From: Candidatus Eiseniibacteriota bacterium
GTDB taxonomy: Bacteria; Eisenbacteria; RBG-16-71-46
Direction of reading: 5' to 3'
NCBI GenBank assembly: GCA_044222065.1
Contig: JBGAOA010000007.1
Span: 21,889 to 85,888 of the forward strand
Length of the DNA: 64,000 nt
The notes beneath the pieces are model-generated. The model saw only the letters and a list, made by a program, of their open reading frames with translations. It did no database searches and was not told the origin of the DNA. Below, piece after piece: positions 38,067 through 47,609 of this stretch (positions within the stretch are counted from its first letter, which is position 1; each line of letters starts with the position of its first letter). Position numbers and translations under genes: made by a program.

Positions 38067-40421
38067 ATGCTCGACCGCGCGCGCCCTCCTGTTGGTCTGC
38101 TCGTCACCCTCGTGGTGGTCGGCTCACTCGGCCTGCTGCCGGCGCCGCTCGTCCGGGCCGAACCGAGCCCCGAACGCGGCGTGCTCCAGACCGGTCCAGT
38201 CGCGATCGCGCGCACGACGGCCGAGATCATGGCCTCGACCGGCGATGAGGCCGCCGCGCCGCCGCGTCCGGCGCTCGTGATTCCGCGGCCCGGCGCCAAC
38301 GCGATCGAACCTGCGCAGGCGGCCCTGGGTTCCGCGTCCGATCCCCTGGCACCGCTCTACCTCACTGGCCCCGCGGACCCGCCCGCGATCTTCTCGCCGC
38401 AGACGGTCGCGCTGGCGTTCAACGGAATGACGCGGGCCGAGATCACGAACTACGTGCCCGACGACATGGGCGCGGTCGGGCCGCAACAGTTCGTCGTGCA
38501 CGTCTCGGGCCGCATCCGCACGTTCACGAAGTCCGGCGTCCCCGACGGCGTGCTCGACGTGACGACGGACGCATTCTTCTCGTCCGTCCGCACGCCCGCC
38601 GGCGGGGGCGTCGCGTTCAGCACGACGATCGACCCGCGCATCCGATACGACCGCGCGACGGCGCGCTGGTTCCTGATCATGTCCGAAGCCACGTGTGCGG
38701 ACGGCGCGTGTTCCCGGCTCACGCCCAATCGCCTGCTCGTCGCCGTGAGCGACGCCGCGAGTGCGGGGGTGATCTCGCCCGCGACCGTGTGGAGGTTCTT
38801 CTACCTCTCCGCCGACGCCACGGCCTTCAGCGACACGCCCACGCTCGGTGTGGACGCGCTCGCGCTGTACGTCGGCGTGGACGCCTTTGGCGTGTCCCCG
38901 GCGAGTCCGGCCTATCTCGGTTCCAACGGCGTCGTGATCCGCAAGAGTTCCATCCTCGGTACGGGGCCGATCGTCTTCACTCGGTTCGAGGACATCACCG
39001 GCATCGTGGACGGTCCCTTGAATCCCGCCGGCGTGGACAACGCCGACCCGGCCGCGAACGAGGGCTATTTCATCGGCCCGAGCCCGTTCAGTTTCGGTCG
39101 TCTGTGCCTGCGGCGAATCAGCGATCCGGGCGGAGTCCCGGCGATCTCCCCGACGATCGCGTTGACCGTTCCGGCGACTTCGCCTCCCTTGTCCGTCCCG
39201 TCCTTCGGAACGTCGACGCGGCTCGCTGCGGGCGACGACCGCCTCGCCGGCGCCACGATGCGCGACGGCGAAGTGTGGACCGCACACTGCATCGCGGTGA
39301 ACGCGTCCGGCGTCGCGACCACGAGCACGAGCGTGGGGCGGGACGGGATCCGATGGTATGCGCTGACCGGCATTCGCAGCGTGGACAACGGCGGAGTTCC
39401 CGCGGTCGTCCAGAGCGGGACGATCTTCGATCCGTCCGCCACGACGTCGAACGCGCGCCAGCACTGGAATCCTTCGCTCGCGCTGACCGGCCAGCGCCAC
39501 GCGGCGTTCGGCTTCACGACCGCCGGCTCCCCGTACTTCGTGAACGCCGCGACCACGGGTCGGCTCGTCTGGGACGCGCCCGGAACGACGCAGGCGCTCT
39601 CGCTGATCACGGCGAGTCCGGGCGCCTTCACTTCGGCGCTCAGCTCGTGGGGCAACTACTCCCACACGTCCGTGGACCCGCTCGACGACATGACGGTGTG
39701 GACGATCCAGCAGTACGCGACCGGGGCGGCGACGTGGGCGTGCCGCGTCGCGAAGTTGCTCGCACCGCCGCCCGCCACACTGTCGGACGTGCCCGCGGTC
39801 GCGGCCGGACACGCGTCCGTGAGCGTCATCGTGACGGGCATTTCGCTGGGTGGTTCGGCGTTCTTCGATCCCGGACCCAACCTGCCCGCGCCGGCGCTGC
39901 CGTACGCGCACGTGTCCGTGACGCTCGCGCCGAACGGATTCAGCGGTACGCCGCCGGTCGTGAACGCGGTCACGGTGCTCGATCCCACGCACCTGCAGCT
40001 CGACCTCAACACCGTCGGAGCGACGCCGTCCGACACGAGTTCGGCGTACGACGTGACGGTGACGAACCCCGACGGACAGTCGGTGATCGGCGCGGCGCTC
40101 TTGAAGGTGCTGCCGCCATCGAGCGATGTGGGGGGCGATCGCGCGCTCGCGACCGGCCTGCGCGGGGTTTCGCCCAATCCCGCGCACGGCGACATCCACG
40201 TCGCGTTCGCGCTCGAGCGTGCGGCGCGCGTGCGGGTGAGCGTGCTGGACGTGCAGGGCCGCGAGGTCGCCGTGCTCGACGACGGCGCGCGCAACGCGGG
40301 CGAGCACGCTGCGCGCTGGGACGGACGCCGCGGCGGAGCGCGCGTCGCGGCCGGCGTGTACTTCGTGCGCTTCGTCGCGGACGGCCTCGAGCAGCAGCGC
40401 CGACTCGTCGTGGCGCACTGA
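38067..40421 (+). CDS. Large secreted beta-rich protein with C-terminal FlgD-Ig/T9SS-like domain
   Basis: GAGGAG RBS, signal peptide, PDDMGAVGP, DPRIRYD, WGNYS, VTVTNPDGQ, SPNP..LDVQGREV..WDG..VAAGVYFVRF. Confidence 0.85.
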   Translation: MLDRARPPVGLLVTLVVVGSLGLLPAPLVRAEPSPERGVLQTGPVAIARTTAEIMASTGDEAAAPPRPALVIPRPGANAIEPAQAALGSASDPLAPLYLTGPADPPAIFSPQTVALAFNGMTRAEITNYVPDDMGAVGPQQFVVHVSGRIRTFTKSGVPDGVLDVTTDAFFSSVRTPAGGGVAFSTTIDPRIRYDRATARWFLIMSEATCADGACSRLTPNRLLVAVSDAASAGVISPATVWRFFYLSADATAFSDTPTLGVDALALYVGVDAFGVSPASPAYLGSNGVVIRKSSILGTGPIVFTRFEDITGIVDGPLNPAGVDNADPAANEGYFIGPSPFSFGRLCLRRISDPGGVPAISPTIALTVPATSPPLSVPSFGTSTRLAAGDDRLAGATMRDGEVWTAHCIAVNASGVATTSTSVGRDGIRWYALTGIRSVDNGGVPAVVQSGTIFDPSATTSNARQHWNPSLALTGQRHAAFGFTTAGSPYFVNAATTGRLVWDAPGTTQALSLITASPGAFTSALSSWGNYSHTSVDPLDDMTVWTIQQYATGAATWACRVAKLLAPPPATLSDVPAVAAGHASVSVIVTGISLGGSAFFDPGPNLPAPALPYAHVSVTLAPNGFSGTPPVVNAVTVLDPTHLQLDLNTVGATPSDTSSAYDVTVTNPDGQSVIGAALLKVLPPSSDVGGDRALATGLRGVSPNPAHGDIHVAFALERAARVRVSVLDVQGREVAVLDDGARNAGEHAARWDGRRGGARVAAGVYFVRFVADGLEQQRRLVVAH

Positions 40422-40437
40422 TCCCCGCGGCCGGCGG

Positions 40438-41895
40438 TCACGGCATCGGCCGCGGGTCGAAGAACGCGTCCTCGGGGGCGCCCGGGTGCGGACGCGAAGG
40501 ATCGGCGCCGGCGCGCGCGCGCAGCGCCTGGTACTCGTCCTTCGTCACCCACAGAGTGCTCCGGTGGGTCCACCACGCGGTGAAGTCCGGGAAGTTCGAG
40601 AACATCGGCGGTTCGAGCACCCCCGGGCGCGCGCGCGAGGGCGCGAGCGCCGCACGCATCTCGCGCGCGCGTCGCTCGAGCTCGCGCGACTCGGTCGCGG
40701 CCTGCTTGAGCGCCGGCGCGAGCGACGGCGCGAGCAGCAGCGCCGCCGCGCCGAGGCGCGCGCGCGGCGTGCGCGCCCACGACGGCAGGTGCTGCCACAG
40801 CCACGCGAGGCCCGCCGCGGCGAGCACCGCGAGCGGCGCGAGAAACGGCGCGACGTAGCGTTCGTCGAACAGCGTCACCGTCTGAAGCGCGACCGACAGC
40901 GCGAGCAGCGCGGCCGAGAGCGCGACGAACGGCCGCGCCGCGCGGTCGCGGAACGCGCCGAGCGCGCCGATCACGACGAGCCAGCCCGTGCCGCCGCTCG
41001 GCGACATCAGCACGCGCTTCACCGCGTGGGGGAAGAGCACGGGCCACTTCGTCGCGGCGAGGTGCGGCAGCTCGGCGCTCAGCACGCCGGGCCAGCGCGC
41101 CGGGGTGAGCGCGAAGTCGCGCATCGGCGACAGCTCGGGGTGCGAGGGCTGGTAGCCGATCATCATGTAGGCCGAGAGGTTGAAGAACGGATTGCCCGTC
41201 GCGAGCGCGTGGTGCGCCCACCACGGCAGCATCGTCGCGACGAACCCGGCGAGCGTGCGCGGCGCGCCGCGTCCCGCCGCGATCGCGACGAGCGGCGCGA
41301 CGAACAGCCCTTCCGCGCGCACGAGGCCGAAGAGCCCGAGCGCGAATCCCGCCGCGAGCGGACGCGGGGCGTCGCGCAGCAGCAGGTCGAGCGCCGCGGC
41401 GAGCAGTGCGGCGCCCATCACGATCGACAGGTCGTGGTGCACGCTCGCGAGCAGCAGCGGCGAACCCGTCCACAGCAGCGCCGCGACGAGTCCGGTCGCG
41501 GCGCCGAAGCGTCGCGCCGCGAGCCGGAACGCGAGCCGCGCGCCGTACACCGCGAACGCGGCGGCGACGAAGCGGCCCGCGAACGGCGCGGAATCGCCGA
41601 GCACGGCGACGAACGGCAGCAGCGCGAGCGAGGGGAGCGGGCCGTGCACGAGCACCGGCACCGTGAGCGCGGCGTCGCGCAGCCCCCAGAGCGGCGGGTG
41701 GATCGCGCTCGTGCGGAACACGCGGCCGGCGAGCAGCTCGCGCGCGGCGAGCGCGTACTCCCACAGGTCGTCGAGCGGGGAGGGCGCGCCGACGCGCAGC
41801 ACGAGCAGCACGACCGCCCAGTAGGCGATCGCGACCGCGGTCACGGCGAGCAGCGCGCGCTGCGTCGTGCGATCGGGGAACTCGGGCGCGGACAC
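40438..41895 (-). CDS. Multi-pass membrane protein, GT-C (ArnT/PMT-like) glycosyltransferase candidate
   Basis: DD..EY after TM1, HPP/HGP loop, RAEG, TGNPF, RY..P; about 11 TM segments. Confidence 0.65.
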   Translation of the reverse strand: MSAPEFPDRTTQRALLAVTAVAIAYWAVVLLVLRVGAPSPLDDLWEYALAARELLAGRVFRTSAIHPPLWGLRDAALTVPVLVHGPLPSLALLPFVAVLGDSAPFAGRFVAAAFAVYGARLAFRLAARRFGAATGLVAALLWTGSPLLLASVHHDLSIVMGAALLAAALDLLLRDAPRPLAAGFALGLFGLVRAEGLFVAPLVAIAAGRGAPRTLAGFVATMLPWWAHHALATGNPFFNLSAYMMIGYQPSHPELSPMRDFALTPARWPGVLSAELPHLAATKWPVLFPHAVKRVLMSPSGGTGWLVVIGALGAFRDRAARPFVALSAALLALSVALQTVTLFDERYVAPFLAPLAVLAAAGLAWLWQHLPSWARTPRARLGAAALLLAPSLAPALKQAATESRELERRAREMRAALAPSRARPGVLEPPMFSNFPDFTAWWTHRSTLWVTKDEYQALRARAGADPSRPHPGAPEDAFFDPRPMP

Positions 41896-41903
41896 GGCGC
41901 GCG

Positions 41904-41952
41904 ACTGTGCCTGTCCGTGGACAGCGGGTCAACGCTCCCGCTGTGCTAGCGT
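41904..41952. promoter_or_regulatory. Divergent promoters with a central palindrome
   Basis: Minus: TTGACC-N17-CACAGT, 8 nt from GTG 41895. Plus: TGC-TAGCGT. Palindrome CTGTCC-GT-GGACAG at 41911-41924. Confidence 0.5.
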
Positions 41953-41964
41953 GTCCGGCCTTCC

Positions 41965-43227
41965 ATGAAGCTCCACGGGTCGCGAATGAAAGCGGTCGTC
42001 CTCCAGAGCGACGACTGGGGGCTGTGCGCGTGGTCGCCCGACGCCGAGTCGTGGCGCGCGCTGCGCGAGACGCCCGCGTACCAGAGTGCGCCCGGCCGCC
42101 GCTACGGCGGTTCCACGCTCGAGAGCGCGGACGACGTTCGCGCGCTCGCCGACCTGCTGCTGTCGTTCCGCGGCGGCGACGGGTTCCCGCCCGTGCTGCA
42201 GGCGAACACGGTGCTCGCGAACCCGGACTACGACCGGCTCGCGGCCGCGGGCTTCGAGGGCGACGACGTGCCCGCGGTCGAACTGCCCGCGTTGCCGTCG
42301 CGCTGGAGCCGGCCGCGGCTCTGGGAGCAGCTCACGATCGCGCGGCTCTCGGGCGTGTGGTGGCCGGAGCTGCACGGCTACCACCACGCGCCCGCGGCGA
42401 CGTGGCTCGAGGCGATGCGCCGCGGCGACTCGGACGCGCTGATCGCGTTCGAGCACCAGGTGATGGTGTGCGCCGCCGTCGAGGCGAGCGGCGAGTTCGA
42501 TCCGGCCGAGCCCGAGGCCGCGCGCACGCGCCGCCTCGAGCGCGCGGTCGCGCGCTTCCGCGAACTGTTCGGCCGCAGTCCCGGTTCGTTCTGCCCGCCC
42601 GACTACCGCTGGGACGAGCGGCTCGAGGCCGACGCCGAGCGGCTCGGCGTCACGGCGTTCCAGGGCAAGAACGAGCAGCACGGCGCGCGGCAGGGCCGCG
42701 TGTCGCGCCTCGTGCTCGGCCCGTCGGGCGCGCGCTCGGCCGGCGCGCGCTTCTACCTGCCCGCGCGCATCGCGTTCGAGCCGTCGCTCGGCGGGCCGTC
42801 GGGGGCGCGCGTGGACGTGGACGCGGTCGTGCGCGCGGTGCGCGCCGCGTGGTCGCGCGGCCGGCCCGCGGTCGTGAGCACGCACCGCCTGAACTTCGTG
42901 CACCTCGACGACAACCTCGTCGCCCACGGCCGCGCGCGCCTGCGCGCGCTGCTCGGCCGGCTGTGCGAGGAGGGCGCGGTGTTCCTCGTGGACCGCGAGC
43001 TGCGCGAGCTTCTCGAGCGCGGCTGGTCCGCGCGCGAGATCGGCGAGCGCGGCGTGCTCGTCCGGCGGCTCGAGGGCGGCCCGGAGTCGCTCGCGATTCC
43101 GGCGCCCGCGGGGGCCGCGAACGTGCGCGTGCGCGAAGGGCGGCTCGAGTCGCTGGCGTTCGAAGACGGCGCCGCGCGCGTGCGGCTCGCCGAGCACGAG
43201 GTGCTGCTCGAATGGGAGCGCGCGTGA
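41965..43227 (+). CDS. Polysaccharide deacetylase-like protein
   Basis: SDDWG, ELHGYHH, FCPP, STHRLNF. Start 41965 or 41986. Confidence 0.6.
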   Translation: MKLHGSRMKAVVLQSDDWGLCAWSPDAESWRALRETPAYQSAPGRRYGGSTLESADDVRALADLLLSFRGGDGFPPVLQANTVLANPDYDRLAAAGFEGDDVPAVELPALPSRWSRPRLWEQLTIARLSGVWWPELHGYHHAPAATWLEAMRRGDSDALIAFEHQVMVCAAVEASGEFDPAEPEAARTRRLERAVARFRELFGRSPGSFCPPDYRWDERLEADAERLGVTAFQGKNEQHGARQGRVSRLVLGPSGARSAGARFYLPARIAFEPSLGGPSGARVDVDAVVRAVRAAWSRGRPAVVSTHRLNFVHLDDNLVAHGRARLRALLGRLCEEGAVFLVDRELRELLERGWSAREIGERGVLVRRLEGGPESLAIPAPAGAANVRVREGRLESLAFEDGAARVRLAEHEVLLEWERA

Positions 43228-43964
43228 GCTGGCTGCGCCGCCAGCAGCTCCGTCCCGCCTCGAAGTGGGCGGTGTGGCGCTACAACTGGATCGCGAACGC
43301 GGCGATCCTCTCGGCGCTCGAGCGCGTCGCGCCGCACGCGCGCGGCGCGCTGCTCGACATCGGCTGCGGTCGGCGGCCGTTCGAGTCCGCGTTCCGCGGA
43401 CGGCTCACGCGCTACTGGGGCGTGGACCTGCCGGGCTCGCGCGACATCGTGGGCCGCGCGCCGGACGCGTTCGCGGTCGGTGAGGCGCTGCCGATCCGCT
43501 CGGGCTCGATGGACACGGTGATCGGGCTGTCGCTGCTCAACTACCTCGCCGAGCCGGCGCTCACGCTCGCCGAGGCTCAGCGCGTGCTCAAGCCCGGAGG
43601 GGTCGCGATCTTCGAGTTCCCGCAGAGCATGCCGCTCGACCCGCATTCGCCGGACTACTACCGCTTCACGAAGTTCGCGGCCGCGCGGCTCCTCGAACAG
43701 GCCGGCTTCGAGGTCGTCGAACGGCTGCCGATCGGCGGGCTGTGGCGCCGCGTGGGGATGTCGGTGATCCGCGGGCTCAACCGCCTCAACCGCGGCCCAA
43801 CGCGCGTGCTGACCGAGCTGCCGGTGCGGGCGCTCTACGTGGTCCTGCAATCGTGGTACGCGCTCCTCGACCGGCTGTTCTTCGAGGATTCCGAGGCGCT
43901 CAGCCACCTCGTCGTCGCCCGCAAGCGTTCGCCGGCGGGCGAGGGGCCGCGATTCGGCCGTTGA
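43224..43964 (+). CDS. Class I SAM-dependent methyltransferase
   Basis: LLDIGCG, RVLKPGG, DYYRFT; GTGA overlap. Confidence 0.88.
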   Translation: MSWLRRQQLRPASKWAVWRYNWIANAAILSALERVAPHARGALLDIGCGRRPFESAFRGRLTRYWGVDLPGSRDIVGRAPDAFAVGEALPIRSGSMDTVIGLSLLNYLAEPALTLAEAQRVLKPGGVAIFEFPQSMPLDPHSPDYYRFTKFAAARLLEQAGFEVVERLPIGGLWRRVGMSVIRGLNRLNRGPTRVLTELPVRALYVVLQSWYALLDRLFFEDSEALSHLVVARKRSPAGEGPRFGR

Positions 43965-43990
43965 CGCAATTTCGAACGCTTTGTTAGCGT
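43961..43990 (+). promoter_or_regulatory. Sigma70 promoter, leaderless acyl-CoA ligase transcript
   Basis: TTGACG-N18-(TGT)TAGCGT, 7 nt to GTG 43998, no SD. Confidence 0.6.
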
Positions 43991-43997
43991 CTCCGCC

Positions 43998-45746
43998 GTG
44001 ACGTCCACGACCTCCCCGTCCGCGCCGGGCCCAGCGGTGCGCGTCATCCCGCAGCTCGTCGCGTTCGCGGCCCGCCAGTACGGGGACACGCCGTTCCTGC
44101 TGCGTTCGACGCCCGAGGGCTGGCAGGGCCTGAGCTTCGCCGCCGCCGCCGCCGCCACGCACTCGTTCCGCGCGTTGCTCGAATCGCTCGGCGTCCGCCG
44201 CGGCGACCGCGTCGGGCTCCAGTCCGAGAACCGTCCCGAGTGGGGCGTCGCCTACCTCGCGATCCTCGAGGCCGGCGCCGTCGTCGTTCCGCTCGATGCG
44301 CAGCTCAAGGCGCAGGAGGCGGGCGAGATCCTCGCGACCGCGGGCGCCGAAGTCGCCGTCGCCTCGGCGCGGCAGATGCCGGTCATGAAGCAGGTGATCG
44401 AGAAGCGGCTGCCGTCGCTCAAGCTCGTCTCGCTCGATCCCGCCGACGAGCTGCCGAACTTCAAGCAGGCGCTCGAGCGCTTCCCGAACGAGAGCGCGAA
44501 GGATCCCGGGGGAGCCGCGACCGACCTCGCGGTGCTGATCTTCACTTCGGGCACGACGGGCCAGGCGAAGGGCGTCATGCTCTCGCACCAGAACATCCTC
44601 ACGAACGTCGAAGGCGTCGCGCGCACGATCGAGGTCCATCCGGGCGACCGGTTCCTCTCGGTGCTGCCGCTCCATCACACGTTCGAATCCACGATCGGCT
44701 TCCTCGCTCCGATGCGCACGGGCAGCACGGTCTGCTACGCGCGCGGCCTCGACTCGAAGCAGCTGCGCGAGGACATGGCGACGTCGCAGGCGACGATCTT
44801 CATCGCCGTCCCGCTGCTCTACGAGAAGCTGCTCACCGCGATTCATCGCGGGGTCGAGTCGCTGCCGCTCGCGCGCCGGCTGTTCGTGAAGTCGCTGTTC
44901 TTCGCATCGCGCTGGACGCGACGCCTCACCGGCCAGCGCATCGGGCACAAGCTGCTCCGACCCGTGCGCGAGAAGGCGGGCATCGGCAAGGTGCGCCTGT
45001 TCGCGACCGGCGCCGCCGCGATCGCGGAAGAGGTCTTCTGGGGCTACATCGACCTCGGCATTCCGCTCGTCGAAGGCTACGGCCTCACCGAGACCTCGCC
45101 GGTCGTCGCGCTCAACACGCCGCGCCGTCCGAACCCGGGCGCCGTCGGCTGGCCGCTCGTCGGCGTCGAGGTGCGGATCGACCATCCGGACGGCGAGGGC
45201 AACGGCGAGATCCTCGTGCGCGGGCCGAACGTCATGCTCGGCTACTACGGGAATCCCGAGGCGACCGCCGAGGTGATGCGCGACGGCTGGTTCTGCACCG
45301 GCGATCTCGGCCGCATGGTCGGCGACGGCCGGCTCAAGATCACGGGCCGGCTCAAGAACATGATCGCGACCGCGGCCGGCAAGAAGATCTACCCGGAGGA
45401 GGTCGAGGCGCAGCTCGCGAACAGCCCCTACATCCTCGAGGTCGTGGTCGCGGGCGGCAGCGATCCGCGCGGCGAGCGCGAGGAAGTGCACGCGCACATC
45501 TACCCGAACGTGCCCGAGCTCGAGCTGCTCGCGAGGGCGACCGGTAAGACGTGCGACGACGCGTTCGTCGAAGCGACGTTGCGCGCCGACGTCGAGGCGC
45601 GCTGCGAGCACCTCGCCACCTACAAGCGGGTGAAGCGCGTGATCCTCCGCAAGGAGGAGTTCCCGAAGACGACGACCGGCAAGATCCGCAGGCAGGCGTT
45701 CAACGCCGTCGCGAGCGCCGAGAAGAAGGCGGGCGCGGTCGCCTGA
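43998..45746 (+). CDS. Long-chain fatty acyl-CoA ligase
   Basis: FTSGTTGQAKG, GYGLTETSP, TGDLG, GRLKN, KTTTGKIRR. Confidence 0.92.
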   Translation: MTSTTSPSAPGPAVRVIPQLVAFAARQYGDTPFLLRSTPEGWQGLSFAAAAAATHSFRALLESLGVRRGDRVGLQSENRPEWGVAYLAILEAGAVVVPLDAQLKAQEAGEILATAGAEVAVASARQMPVMKQVIEKRLPSLKLVSLDPADELPNFKQALERFPNESAKDPGGAATDLAVLIFTSGTTGQAKGVMLSHQNILTNVEGVARTIEVHPGDRFLSVLPLHHTFESTIGFLAPMRTGSTVCYARGLDSKQLREDMATSQATIFIAVPLLYEKLLTAIHRGVESLPLARRLFVKSLFFASRWTRRLTGQRIGHKLLRPVREKAGIGKVRLFATGAAAIAEEVFWGYIDLGIPLVEGYGLTETSPVVALNTPRRPNPGAVGWPLVGVEVRIDHPDGEGNGEILVRGPNVMLGYYGNPEATAEVMRDGWFCTGDLGRMVGDGRLKITGRLKNMIATAAGKKIYPEEVEAQLANSPYILEVVVAGGSDPRGEREEVHAHIYPNVPELELLARATGKTCDDAFVEATLRADVEARCEHLATYKRVKRVILRKEEFPKTTTGKIRRQAFNAVASAEKKAGAVA

Positions 45747-45768
45747 CGTCGCGCCGCGACGCGGCCGG

Positions 45769-46143
45769 CTACTTCAGCTCGGCGTGGTAGACGATCGCGT
45801 CGTCGGCTTCGATCTGGATCCGGTGACGCTGCGCCATCGGGCCGGCCGACACGGTGCCGCCTTCCCAGTGGCGCTCGCCCATCAGGTCGGCGTACTCCCA
45901 CGTCAGCCCGATCTCGCCGAGGCCCGTCGCTTCGAATTCGATCGTGCGCGCCTCGCCCTTCGCGAGCGCCTCGCACGCCATGCGGTGCCCCGCCACGGCG
46001 ACGCGGATGCGTTCCATGTCGTGGTCGGTGGCGTTCACGATGACGACTTCGCTCGGCGACTTCGGGTGCAGCACGTCTTCGTAGTGGTGGTAGCCGTACC
46101 AGACCGCGTATCCGAGCAGGACGAGCAGCAACAGCTTGCGCAT
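45769..46143 (-). CDS. Hypothetical membrane-anchored or secreted protein
   Basis: GGGAGG RBS, N-terminal hydrophobic segment, small beta domain. Confidence 0.75.
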   Translation of the reverse strand: MRKLLLLVLLGYAVWYGYHHYEDVLHPKSPSEVVIVNATDHDMERIRVAVAGHRMACEALAKGEARTIEFEATGLGEIGLTWEYADLMGERHWEGGTVSAGPMAQRHRIQIEADDAIVYHAELK

Positions 46144-46165
46144 GGACCCTCCCGTGCTCCGGGGG

Positions 46166-46194
46166 TCATCGGCAGGTACGCCCGGGCGCTTGAG
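46166..46194 (-). promoter_or_regulatory. Sigma28-like promoter
   Basis: CTCAAG-N15-GCCGATGA, about 22 bp upstream of ATG 46143. Confidence 0.5.
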
Positions 46195-46228
46195 TCCGCA
46201 TCCGGGCCGCCCGCGGGCGCCGCGAACG

Positions 46229-47524
46229 CTAGTCGGCGAGCGGGCCGTCGCCGACGAGCCCCTTCGCCTCTTCGCTCAGACGCGGATCGGTCGGGTACTC
46301 GGGGAGGTTCCGGAACGAGAGGTAGAACAGCAGCGCGGCCGAGGCGTAGAGCGTCGCCGTCAGGTAGAACGGCACGGCGTAGCCCCAGTGCTGGATCACG
46401 ACGCCCGCGAGCGAGGCGCTGATCGCCCAGCCGACGTTCCACACCAGGTTGTTGACGCTGCTCGATCGCGCGCGCAACGCCGGCGGCAGCGCCTCCATGA
46501 CGAAGTTCTGGAGCAGCGGCGTCGCGGCCTGCATGAGCGTCGCGCGCAGGAGGAACGATCCGACGGCGACGCCGAGGTGGCGCTCGTGCCCGAGCGTGAC
46601 GAGGAACGGCAACGACAGCACCTGCGAGGCGACGGCCGTGCGCATCTTGCCGAAGCGGCGCGCGAGCGCGGGGCCGAGCAGCGACGCGAGCGCCGTGACG
46701 ATTGCGGCGACCGAGAAGTACAGGCCGATGTCGGCGCTCGAGCGGTGGAAGCGCTCGGAGAAGTACAGGTTCATGAACGGGATCACGAGTCCGGCGCCGC
46801 TCCCGATCAGCAGGAAGTTGAGCGCGATCGGGACGAGGCGGCGGTGCGCGCCGGGCGGCAGCGACTCGCGTTCGGTGCGCAGCGCCGCTTCCTTCAGGCC
46901 GCGCAGCCTCGCGAGCGGCACGAGGCCCGCGATCGAGCAGCTGCCGGCGAGCAGCAGCGCGATGCGGTAGGCGACGAGCCGCGACGGCCGGAACTCGGCC
47001 GGGAGGGCGAGCAGCAGCGCGGGCAGCGCGCCGCCCGCGGCGCTCCCGACGACGCCGGCGATGAGTGCCATCGCAAAGAACGTCGAGAACAGGTGCGTGC
47101 GCTCCTTGGGCGTCGAGTGCTCGGTGATGAACGGCATCGCGGCGATCTGGAACAGCGACTGCCCGGCGCCGGCGACGAAGCTGCCGCCGAGGATCAGCGC
47201 CGGCGAGAGCGCGGTCGCGCGCACGAGCAGGCCGGCGCCCTCGACGAGCGCGCCGAGCATGAGGCAGCGCCGCCGTCCCCAGCGCTCCGCGAGCACGCCC
47301 GCCGGGATCGCGAACAGCGCGAGCCCGAGTCCCGTCATCGAGAGCGTGTTCCCGACGAACGACTCGCGGAAGCCGCCGTCCACGAGATAGAGGTTGAAGA
47401 GCACCGACTGCACGCCGTGGCCGGCCCACACGAGGAACTCGGCGAGCAGGTAGAGGCGCGCCGCGCGCGAGAACGAGCGAGCGGCCTCGCGGTACTCGGT
47501 GAACGCGACCCTCAGCGCCTTCAC
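46229..47524 (-). CDS. MFS transporter
   Basis: Motif A GVLAERWGRR, about 12 TM segments; AAGGAG RBS. Confidence 0.9.
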   Translation of the reverse strand: MKALRVAFTEYREAARSFSRAARLYLLAEFLVWAGHGVQSVLFNLYLVDGGFRESFVGNTLSMTGLGLALFAIPAGVLAERWGRRRCLMLGALVEGAGLLVRATALSPALILGGSFVAGAGQSLFQIAAMPFITEHSTPKERTHLFSTFFAMALIAGVVGSAAGGALPALLLALPAEFRPSRLVAYRIALLLAGSCSIAGLVPLARLRGLKEAALRTERESLPPGAHRRLVPIALNFLLIGSGAGLVIPFMNLYFSERFHRSSADIGLYFSVAAIVTALASLLGPALARRFGKMRTAVASQVLSLPFLVTLGHERHLGVAVGSFLLRATLMQAATPLLQNFVMEALPPALRARSSSVNNLVWNVGWAISASLAGVVIQHWGYAVPFYLTATLYASAALLFYLSFRNLPEYPTDPRLSEEAKGLVGDGPLAD

Positions 47525-47553
47525 GAAGGCTCCTTCCTCGTTCCGGGCGTGCG

Positions 47554-47593
47554 AAACGCGGAACGGCGGCCCGCGAGCGGGCCGCCGTCCGCG
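47554..47593 (-). terminator. Stable hairpin / probable terminator after the XRE-cupin gene
   Basis: ACGGCGGCCCGC-TC-GCGGGCCGCCGT stem with a short T tract. Confidence 0.55.
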
Positions 47594-47609
47594 CGTTCCT
47601 TCCGGGTGC

